A stretch of DNA of 64,000 bases from Candidatus Limnocylindrales bacterium. Lineage in GTDB: Bacteria; Moduliflexota; Moduliflexia; Moduliflexales; JAUQPW01. Below, in pieces: positions 39,083-47,091 of the stretch. A program made the translations under genes and the position numbers. Each line of letters begins with the position of its first letter. Position 1 is the first letter of the stretch. The notes under the pieces were generated by a model that saw only the letters and a list, made by a program, of their open reading frames with translations, was not told the origin of the DNA and did no database searches. The stretch lies in contig DATMBG010000051.1 in NCBI GenBank assembly GCA_035559535.1, positions 372,001-436,000 of the forward strand, in the 5' to 3' direction.

Positions 39083-40954
39083 ATGTACGGTTATGGAGGC
39101 CGTATTTTAACCATCGATCTTAATTACCGCACGACTCGAATTGATTTCTTTGGAGATGGTTTTGCTCGAAAGTATCTGGGGGGGAATGGATTTGTAATTA
39201 GATTGCTTTATAATCTGGTTAGACCCAGGGTTAAACCCTTTGATCCGGAAAACGTGATCGTATTTGCCACCGGACCCATCAACGATACCTGTATTCCCAG
39301 TGATAGTCGAATCTGTGTGGGGACCAAATCCCCGTTAAACGGATTATTTTTTGACTCTACCTTTGGCGGGCGATTTCCGGTAACGCAGAAACGGACCGGG
39401 TTTGATGCCATTGTTATCACCGGGAAAGCAGATCGTCCGGTATATCTGGTTGTAAATGAATCCGGAGTATCTATCAAATCGGCGGAATCCTTATGGGGAT
39501 TAAAAATTACCGATGCCATTAAATCCATCCTGGAGGTAGAAGGTCCGGATGCAGATGCCATAGCCATCGGACCGGCCGGGGAAAACCGGGTACGATTTGC
39601 GGCCATGGGCCATTTCTGGAAAAACCGGGGAGGGATCTCAGGAAGGGGCGGCATAGGAGCCGTTATGGGATCTAAGAACGTTAAGGCTCTGGTGGTTCGG
39701 GGGAACCGGAAAACAGAAGTTGCCGACCTGGCCGATTTGAAAGCCCTGGTCAACGAAAACCGGGAAGCTCTCAAAACCGGTACTGCAGTTCTTAAGGCCT
39801 ATGGAACCCAGGCCCTGGTAGATCTGATCAATACCAAAGGGGCCCTGGGTACCCGAAACCTGCGTTATGAAGTCTGGGATCGGGCCTCTGAAGTCAATGC
39901 GGATACTTACAAAGAAAATTATTTTGAAAAGGATACAACCTGTTATCACTGCTCTATTGCTTGTGGAAAGGATTTTGCGGTTAAAGAAGGAGAATATGCA
40001 GGGCTTCGATGGAAGATGCCGGAATTTGAGACGATTTTTGCCTTTGGGTCCATGTTAGATAATTCCCATGCGGCTTCTCTTATCAAGGCCAATGAACTTT
40101 GCGATGAATTGGGGATGGATACCATCAGTTTGGGAGTAACCCTGGCTTTTGTTACCGAGTGCTTCGAGCAGGGTTTATTGACCCGCTCAGATACCGGGGG
40201 CATCGATCTTCGTTTTGGAGATTATCGCCTGATGAATGAGCTGATTGAGGCTACGGCGTTCCGTCGAGGATTTGGGAATGTGTTGGCCGAGGGTTCAGCC
40301 AGGATTGCAGAACAATTGGGTGAGAAAGCAAAGGAATTCCTCTATACGGTAAAGGGAGTTGAAGTACCGGGCCATTCCGCCCGGGGATTGAAAGGGATGA
40401 GTATCGGTTATGCAACCGGAACCCGTGGTGGTTGTCATCACGATACCCGCCCAACCCTCCAGTATGCCTCTACGTTTGACCACCGTTCCACAAAGGGAAA
40501 ACCTGAATTTGCCATCCGCACTCAAAACTTTACGGCCCTGGATGATTCTCTGGTTCAGTGTCGATTCACCAGTGAACGGGGCGGATTCGGTGCCATGATC
40601 AACGATAAGTATACCCGAATGATCCGGGGAATCACCGGTTGGGATGTGACGACGGAGGAAATCGAACAGATCGGAGAGCGGATTTGCAATCTGGAACGCG
40701 CTTTCAATGTCCGAGAAGGGATTCGACGTAAGGATGATACCCTTCCCCACCGGGTCATGACGGAACCTATCCCCTCCGGACCCTTGAAGGGAATGTATTG
40801 TCCTCCCGATGAATTGAATGCCATGCTGGATGAGTATTACACCCTTCGAGGTTGGACAAAGGATGGTATACCCGGTGAAGCAAAACTCAAAGAACTGGGA
40901 CTCCAGGACGTTATAGCCGAGATGGAAATGGCCAGGTATGAATCCCATAAATGA
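39083..40954 (+). CDS. aor: Aldehyde:ferredoxin oxidoreductase (tungstopterin AOR/WOR) family protein
   Basis: KSPL, IGPAGEN, GRGGIGAVMGSKNVKA, CYHCSIAC, PEFET, CDELGMDTIS, YYTLRGW. Confidence 0.93.
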   Translation: MYGYGGRILTIDLNYRTTRIDFFGDGFARKYLGGNGFVIRLLYNLVRPRVKPFDPENVIVFATGPINDTCIPSDSRICVGTKSPLNGLFFDSTFGGRFPVTQKRTGFDAIVITGKADRPVYLVVNESGVSIKSAESLWGLKITDAIKSILEVEGPDADAIAIGPAGENRVRFAAMGHFWKNRGGISGRGGIGAVMGSKNVKALVVRGNRKTEVADLADLKALVNENREALKTGTAVLKAYGTQALVDLINTKGALGTRNLRYEVWDRASEVNADTYKENYFEKDTTCYHCSIACGKDFAVKEGEYAGLRWKMPEFETIFAFGSMLDNSHAASLIKANELCDELGMDTISLGVTLAFVTECFEQGLLTRSDTGGIDLRFGDYRLMNELIEATAFRRGFGNVLAEGSARIAEQLGEKAKEFLYTVKGVEVPGHSARGLKGMSIGYATGTRGGCHHDTRPTLQYASTFDHRSTKGKPEFAIRTQNFTALDDSLVQCRFTSERGGFGAMINDKYTRMIRGITGWDVTTEEIEQIGERICNLERAFNVREGIRRKDDTLPHRVMTEPIPSGPLKGMYCPPDELNAMLDEYYTLRGWTKDGIPGEAKLKELGLQDVIAEMEMARYESHK

Positions 40955-41810
40955 GAATATGCCCCAAGTAAAGCCAAATCCACCACCCCCTGAACTCGTC
41001 CATTCCCTTCGTCTTAAGGCCAGACAAATCCGACGGAACGTCCTTTTGATGGCCAAAGGAAAAGGGGAAGGTTATGTAGGACAGGGGCTTGGAGCGGCAG
41101 ATATTTTAACGGTTCTTTACTTCTATGAAATGCGTTTCGATCCCCACCGTCTGGATTGGCCGGATCGGGATCGCTTTTTGCTCTCCACCGGACATTACTC
41201 CATTGTGCTGTTTGCCACTCTCACCGAACTGGGGGTATTTCCTCCGGAGGAGCTATCTTCTTACGGTGCCGACGGGAGCCGATTCGAAATGTCGGCGTGT
41301 GAAACTACCCCGGGGGTTGAAATAACCGGTGGTTCATTAGGACATGGGTTATCCCAGGCCGTGGGGATGGCCCTTGGCTCTCGCCTAAGTGGACGGAAAT
41401 TTCGGGTTTTCAACTTTCTCTCAGACGGAGAACTGCAAGAAGGAGCTACCTGGGAAGCCGCCATGGCTGCAGCCCATTATAAATTGGATAATCTTATTGC
41501 CCTGGTGGATATCAACAACATGCAAGCCGATGGAAAGACCTCCGACGTTATGATGGTAGAACCTGTGGTAGACAAATGGAAAGCTTTTGGTTGGCATACC
41601 CAGAGTATAGATGGTAATTCCCTGGAGGAGTTACTGATCGCGTTTCAAACCGCCCGATCTATCCAGAATCAACCCAAAGTCATCCTCTGCTATACCTTAA
41701 TGGGAAAGGGTGTTCCTCTCATCGAGCAGAAGCCCAAAGCCCATTTTATTCGGGTGGAACCCCATGAGTGGGATCTTGCCTTACGTCAACTGGAGGAATC
41801 TAAAGTATGA
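40938..41810 (+). CDS. Split transketolase-like protein, N-terminal (ThDP-binding) subunit
   Basis: RDRFLLSTGH, GGSLGHGL, SDGELQEGATWEA...DINN, MGKG. Confidence 0.92.
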   Translation: MNPINENMPQVKPNPPPPELVHSLRLKARQIRRNVLLMAKGKGEGYVGQGLGAADILTVLYFYEMRFDPHRLDWPDRDRFLLSTGHYSIVLFATLTELGVFPPEELSSYGADGSRFEMSACETTPGVEITGGSLGHGLSQAVGMALGSRLSGRKFRVFNFLSDGELQEGATWEAAMAAAHYKLDNLIALVDINNMQADGKTSDVMMVEPVVDKWKAFGWHTQSIDGNSLEELLIAFQTARSIQNQPKVILCYTLMGKGVPLIEQKPKAHFIRVEPHEWDLALRQLEESKV

Positions 41811-42811
41811 ACAACCCTCAGACCCATCGCGGATTTACCGTAGCCATGAGTGTTTCCGAAGCGGTTACTGAAGCCCTCACCACCGTTGAAAAACCGTTTG
41901 GCCATGCTTTGATTGCAGTTGCACGTCAGAATCCCAACGTCGTGGGATTAACGGCAGATTTGGGTAAATATACGGATATTGATATCTTCGGTCAGGAATT
42001 TCCCCACCGTTATTTCCAGATGGGTATGGCCGAGCAAAATCTTATAGGGGTCGCGGCAGGTTTGTCCCGGGTTGGATACATTCCCTTTGCGACCACCTAC
42101 TGTGTATTCGCTACGCGTCGAGCCTATGATTTTATTGCGGTGGATATCGCTTTAGGGCGGGCTAATGTAAAAATTATTGCCGGTTTACCGGGATTGACGA
42201 CCGGATATGGGGCTACCCACCAGGGGATCGATGATCTGGCCCTCATGCGGGCCATACCTAACATGGTTGTTATCGATCCCTGCGATGCCACAGAGATCCA
42301 GCAGGTAGTTCCGGCCATCGCCGAATATGGAGGGCCTGTTTATATGCGCATACTACGCGGACAGGTAAAACAGGTCCTGGATCCGAAGACCTATCGGTTT
42401 GAATTGGGTAAAGCAAAGCTGCTGCGTCAGGGGAGAGATCTGACCCTGATCAGCACCGGCTTAATGACCCAACAGGCATTGCAGGCAGCCGATTTGTTAA
42501 AACAGGATGGTATTGAAGCCACCGTCTTGCATGTCCCTACCTTGAAGCCTTTAGATCAGGATGCCATTATCCAGGTAGCTGAAGCGACCAGGACCGTTCT
42601 GACCCTGGAAAACCATTCTGTTCTGGGAGGACTGGGTTCTGCCGTTGCAGAGACCCTCTGTATGGCCGGGTTGTCTGTAACCCTGGCTAAAATCGGGATT
42701 CCCGATCAGTTTGTGGAATGTGGTTCTATTCCCTATTTGACCGATAAGTACGGTCTTTCTACCTGGCACGTAATACAGACCGCAAAAGAGATTCTTTCTC
42801 GGCGGAAGTAG
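41807..42811 (+). CDS. Split transketolase-like protein, C-terminal subunit
   Basis: TADL, GMAEQN, GATHQ, GPVYMR, LKPLD, ENH, GGLGSAVAE; ATGA overlap with the N subunit. Confidence 0.92.
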   Translation: MNNPQTHRGFTVAMSVSEAVTEALTTVEKPFGHALIAVARQNPNVVGLTADLGKYTDIDIFGQEFPHRYFQMGMAEQNLIGVAAGLSRVGYIPFATTYCVFATRRAYDFIAVDIALGRANVKIIAGLPGLTTGYGATHQGIDDLALMRAIPNMVVIDPCDATEIQQVVPAIAEYGGPVYMRILRGQVKQVLDPKTYRFELGKAKLLRQGRDLTLISTGLMTQQALQAADLLKQDGIEATVLHVPTLKPLDQDAIIQVAEATRTVLTLENHSVLGGLGSAVAETLCMAGLSVTLAKIGIPDQFVECGSIPYLTDKYGLSTWHVIQTAKEILSRRK

Positions 42812-42836
42812 GGGCACGGTGGCGCCGTGCCCTTAC
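42808..42836. repeat. GTAG-type REP palindrome
   Basis: GTAGGGGCACGGTGGCGCCGTGCCCTTAC, overlapping the transketolase stop codon. Confidence 0.65.
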
Positions 42837-42866
42837 TTTTTATAGAGGTGAGATCACAAAAAATCT

Positions 42867-42910
42867 GGAGTTATCTTAATCTTTGCCCGGAGTTATCTTA
42901 ATCTTTGCCC
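42867..42910. repeat. Perfect 22-bp tandem duplication
   Basis: GGAGTTATCTTAATCTTTGCCC x2. Confidence 0.9.
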
Positions 42911-42923
42911 AAGGAAAGGTGCC

Positions 42924-44090
42924 ATGAAAGTTATCAAACTGGAAACTTTTCTCACCAATGCAGGGTTGCGGAACTACCTGTTCATACGGCTGCACACCGA
43001 CACTGGCTTAACAGGAATCGGCGAAGCATCCTTGGAATGGCAAGAGCAAACGGTTCAAACCCTCATCCACGAATTTTTAGAAGAACGTTATGTACTGGGA
43101 GCTAATCCCTTCGACATTGAAGACCTGATTACCCGTATGGTTCGCGATCAATATCAGGGGGGCTCTACGATCATGACCGCCATTAGCGGGATTGAAATTG
43201 CCCTATGGGATCTTGTTGGAAAGGCCTGTGGTCAGCCGGTTTACAATCTCCTTGGGGGACGTTGCCATGAGCGTCTTCCAGCTTATGCCAACGGTTGGTA
43301 CGGAGGGGCTTATACTCCTCAACAGTATGCAGATCGGGCGAAGGAAGTTGTAAGTCGAGGATATACAGCCCTGAAGTTCGATCCCTTCGGAGTAGCCTGG
43401 AAAGAGTTACCCCGCGTAGACCGTAAACAGGTTATGAAAATTGTAGAAGCGGTCCGACAGGCCGTTGGAGAAAACGTCGATCTCCTGATTGAAGGTCACG
43501 GACGATTCTCCGTGGAAACCGCTGTGGAAATAGCCAGAGATCTGGAGCCTTATCATCCCACCTGGTTTGAGGAGCCGGTTACCCCGGACAGCATCGACCT
43601 GCTTTATGAAGTCAAATCCCATGTGAAAATTCCCCTTGCAGCCGGTGAGCGTCTCTATACCGTCTCCGATTTTTATCGCTTAATATCTAAAAGGGCCGCT
43701 GATGTGGTACAAATGGATGTGGCACATTGCGGCGGCATCCTAACCAGTAAAAAGATTGCAGCCATGGCGGCTGTTCAAGATATACGGATATCCCCCCATT
43801 GCTCGATCGGTCCGGTAGCCTTGGCCGCAGCTTTACATGTGGATATAGGTACACCCAATTTTATGATTCAAGAAGCCTATGGCGAGTTCGACGTACCGTG
43901 GCGGGATGCTTTGGTTCGAGGGTGGAATCCCCTCCAACAGGGTTATTTTTACCTCCCGGAAAGTCCGGGTCTTGGGGTAGATATAGACGAAAACATTATT
44001 GCCGCTCACCCCTACGTAAAGAATGCTTTTCCCAGTTTATGGGATCGGAGCTGGTTTGAGAAATTTACCCAAAATCAAAAGAACCACTAG
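42924..44090 (+). CDS. Galactonate-dehydratase-like (DgoD subgroup) enolase-superfamily enzyme
   Basis: TDTGLTGIGEA, SGIEIALWDLVGK, YANGW, KFDPF, IEGHGRF, WFEEP, AGERL, SPH. Confidence 0.88.
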   Translation: MKVIKLETFLTNAGLRNYLFIRLHTDTGLTGIGEASLEWQEQTVQTLIHEFLEERYVLGANPFDIEDLITRMVRDQYQGGSTIMTAISGIEIALWDLVGKACGQPVYNLLGGRCHERLPAYANGWYGGAYTPQQYADRAKEVVSRGYTALKFDPFGVAWKELPRVDRKQVMKIVEAVRQAVGENVDLLIEGHGRFSVETAVEIARDLEPYHPTWFEEPVTPDSIDLLYEVKSHVKIPLAAGERLYTVSDFYRLISKRAADVVQMDVAHCGGILTSKKIAAMAAVQDIRISPHCSIGPVALAAALHVDIGTPNFMIQEAYGEFDVPWRDALVRGWNPLQQGYFYLPESPGLGVDIDENIIAAHPYVKNAFPSLWDRSWFEKFTQNQKNH

Positions 44091-44120
44091 GTCAGGCGTC
44101 CCGCCTGATCTTGATAAGGA

Positions 44121-44768
44121 TTAGAACACCAGAATCATCCCTCCTGCCACCATAAGGGCTATCACCCATAGAAGGTCCAGGTTGAACCAGGCTTGACGCA
44201 GCAGAGCCAGTCCCAGTTTTTCATAAACCAACAGAGCCACGGCGCCTGTGACCAGAAGAAGGCTAAGGGTATGGATACCTGTTGCTGCAAGCAACAACCC
44301 GGGAGAACCGGCCATCTGACCCAACAAGGGTGTAGTCATCCCATGAGGGTGAACCTGCCCGGAGGCAGGCCAGTTTAAAAGAATGGGCACAAGCATCAGA
44401 CCGGCCCCATGGGCAGATGACATGAAGAAGGACCAAATCACAAGGTCCTTAAAATCTACCCGCATGCCCACCCACCGTGGGTGGCGGGAACGGAAAAGCC
44501 GGTAAAGACCGAAAGCAAAGAGTATCGAAGCACCCAGTCGGCGTAGGATAGGCTCCGGTAGGATGACCTGAGCTACTCCTACCAGAAGCACAATCCCGCC
44601 AATCGAAAGTGCATGCCCCAATGCGATGGGGAATAAAGCTTTGATAACTACCTGCCGACTCTTCTCCTGCAATCCCAGGGCTACCGCAAACAACCATCCC
44701 ATGCCCGGATTCACTCCATGGTAAGCACCCAGCAAGGCAAGGGCAATCCAGGGCCAAAGTTCACTCAT
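44121..44768 (-). CDS. His-containing integral membrane protein coupled to the SBP56 gene
   Basis: About 6 TM helices; GAYHGVNPGMGW, GHA, SAHGAG, IHT; ATGA overlap with the SBP56 stop. Confidence 0.8.
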   Translation of the reverse strand: MSELWPWIALALLGAYHGVNPGMGWLFAVALGLQEKSRQVVIKALFPIALGHALSIGGIVLLVGVAQVILPEPILRRLGASILFAFGLYRLFRSRHPRWVGMRVDFKDLVIWSFFMSSAHGAGLMLVPILLNWPASGQVHPHGMTTPLLGQMAGSPGLLLAATGIHTLSLLLVTGAVALLVYEKLGLALLRQAWFNLDLLWVIALMVAGGMILVF

Positions 44769-46144
44769 GGAAAGCAGAATGAATCGGAAGAACTATCCCC
44801 ACCCTGCAATCGAACTTGATGGGGTCGAATCTCTCCAAAATCCACAAAAAAGTTGGGATCCAATGAAATTCCCCCCTCGGGTCTGGCATCTACTTTCACC
44901 ATCCAGCCACGCAAATTAGGATAGAATTGATCATCCCAGCTACTATAAAGGGAATTGGTAAAATAGATGCGACGACCATCTCGACTTACTTCCACCATCT
45001 GGGGACCCCCTTCTAAAGGTCCGGATTTGGGATGGGGAGCTCGACGGACCAAACCACCTGCCTGTACCGAACCGGTAAGTTTGGGATTAAAGGGATCGGA
45101 AACATCGTACTGGTGGAGTTCACCGGTACCCCAGCATGAAACATAAAGGAAACGATCATCTAAAGAGAGATTGATATCTGTTATCAGAGGAGGTACGGCC
45201 TTTAAATCCTTTAAAATAGGAGGTAAGGCCTCGGGATCTGCGGACTCGGCAGGGATTTGGATGACCTTCTTTATGGCCCACTGGTCCTTCTCTCTATACC
45301 ATAACCATACAGAGCTGGAAAGATCTCGTACATCCACTACAACGCCCACAAAGCCGTAGGTTTTGGTCGGATCATGGGCAGGGCGTAGTTCAAGTACCAT
45401 TTGATAATCATCGCCTAAATCCAGAGCCTGAATATGCTTGCGACGACGGATGTCCCAGAAGTGGATACGGTGACCAAAACGACGATTGACTACATCCTCC
45501 AAATGAAGACCGTTCTCAAAAAGCGATGGAGGACCCCACTCACTGGTAATACCGACATCATATCCCAGATGCCACCAGAAATCATAACCCAGGAACTGGG
45601 GACCCCTGTCTACCTCCCACCTTCCTAAGATCTGGAAGTCGTAGTGATCAAGTAAAAAGACTCCCCCAGGCCCATCTCCATCGCTTGTCGAACCTAAAGC
45701 ACTGATATAGATTCCCTCAGGTCCGCAGTGAACCGTATGGAGTCGGGTATAGCCGGCCCGGGCCATGACTTCTTTCGGCTCAATGATTTTGACAATATGA
45801 GGTTCCATGGGATCGGGTTTTGTATCCATGATATAAATCCGAGAGGAGCGGAGACCCGGTACGAGCAGGTAACGCCGTTCCAGATAAGGATGAGGGGCAT
45901 AGGGGCATAGGGCCGAACTGCAAGCATTCCAACCGAAATGATGGAGTTCATCCCCTACATAAGGCATCTCCACAGAGTGGATAATCTTTCCGTAAGCAGA
46001 TGAGTTGGGATTCAAATCCACCACACGGAGTGCATCCGGCTTGCCTTTTTGAATGGTTGCTACATAAGCCAGTCCTTCCGCTGGAGCCTGCATGGCAAGT
46101 CTTGGGGAAGGATAAAAGGTTGGATCCGGTTTCCAAAGTAACAT
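44765..46144 (-). CDS. Selenium-binding protein SBP56 / SELENBP1-like putative methanethiol oxidase
   Basis: GDELHHFGWNACSS, HTVHC, GYDFWW, SEWG, ITDINLSLDDRFLYVSCW, GGPQM, SSWDDQFYP, GGDSSSD. Confidence 0.93.
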   Translation of the reverse strand: MLLWKPDPTFYPSPRLAMQAPAEGLAYVATIQKGKPDALRVVDLNPNSSAYGKIIHSVEMPYVGDELHHFGWNACSSALCPYAPHPYLERRYLLVPGLRSSRIYIMDTKPDPMEPHIVKIIEPKEVMARAGYTRLHTVHCGPEGIYISALGSTSDGDGPGGVFLLDHYDFQILGRWEVDRGPQFLGYDFWWHLGYDVGITSEWGPPSLFENGLHLEDVVNRRFGHRIHFWDIRRRKHIQALDLGDDYQMVLELRPAHDPTKTYGFVGVVVDVRDLSSSVWLWYREKDQWAIKKVIQIPAESADPEALPPILKDLKAVPPLITDINLSLDDRFLYVSCWGTGELHQYDVSDPFNPKLTGSVQAGGLVRRAPHPKSGPLEGGPQMVEVSRDGRRIYFTNSLYSSWDDQFYPNLRGWMVKVDARPEGGISLDPNFFVDFGEIRPHQVRLQGGDSSSDSFCFP

Positions 46145-46425
46145 GATTCTACCTCCTAGGAATAAAGTTTAAGCTAAGTTTGAGATCATCCCCTGTGCCA
46201 ACCTGGGTAGGTCAGCCTATTACCTCTATACTGTTATACTGTTAAATCTTTTTCCAATCACCTCCAAAGTTCTCACTATAGTTTAGTTATAGCCAAGATT
46301 TTAGCCTTGTCAATAAGAAAGAAGTTTGGTATTTTAGATAAAACCTTGTAAATTATAAAAGATGTTAAGACAAGACAGGAATCAAGGAAAGTAATGGGGA
46401 GAAAATTTTTAACCCCAACATCTAG

Positions 46426-47046
46426 ATGGGAATATTTGTAATTCTATTTCCAATGCTGGTCAGCATGAATTTTCCGTCTTCTGAAGCCTCAGCAGAGAGA
46501 AAACCGGATCAAGTTGGCCTTCTCCCATTGGGAGAGATATCCTCCGAGCTTTTGACCTGGTTGGGAACCGAACTAGAGAAGCGGCTTTATATCCAGGTCG
46601 AGGTACTCCCGGCTTCCTCACTTCCGGAGTCTGCCTATAATCCCCAACGTAAACAATATTATTCATCGGTTATTCTCGATAAGATTCGAAATTTACGCCC
46701 CTGGGACTATGATAAAGTTCTTATCATCGTGGATGTAGATCTGTTTGTTCCTGCCCTTAACTTTGTTTTTGGGGAGGCGGAAAGTCCCGGTAAAATGGCT
46801 ATCATTTCCCTAACCCGACTAAGGCAAGAATTTTACGACCTGCCCGGTAATGAGCCATTATTTCGGGAGCGAGCTTTAAAAGAAGCCCTTCACGAGCTGG
46901 GGCATACCTATGGGATGCGGCATTCCAAAAATCCAGATTGTGTCATGTACTTTTCTAATGGTCTGGCAGACACCGACAGAAAACGGGCCGACTTCTCTCA
47001 ATGTCAGGATGTTTTAAAGGGGCTAGAAAAGATCATTCGCAAGTAA
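46426..47046 (+). CDS. Archaemetzincin-family Zn metalloprotease with hydrophobic N-terminus
   Basis: RKQY, DVDLF, LNFVFGEA, KEALHELGHTYGMRH (HExxHxxGxxH), CVMYFS Met-turn. Confidence 0.88.
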   Translation: MGIFVILFPMLVSMNFPSSEASAERKPDQVGLLPLGEISSELLTWLGTELEKRLYIQVEVLPASSLPESAYNPQRKQYYSSVILDKIRNLRPWDYDKVLIIVDVDLFVPALNFVFGEAESPGKMAIISLTRLRQEFYDLPGNEPLFRERALKEALHELGHTYGMRHSKNPDCVMYFSNGLADTDRKRADFSQCQDVLKGLEKIIRK

Positions 47047-47091
47047 CATCGACTTTTCCTTTGCCTCGGGTTTTGTTTTTATTATTTTCCT

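Noticed and set aside
40295-41056. 253-aa minus-strand ORF and similar long antisense ORFs
   Set aside because: Shadows of well-supported genes on the opposite strand; no motifs
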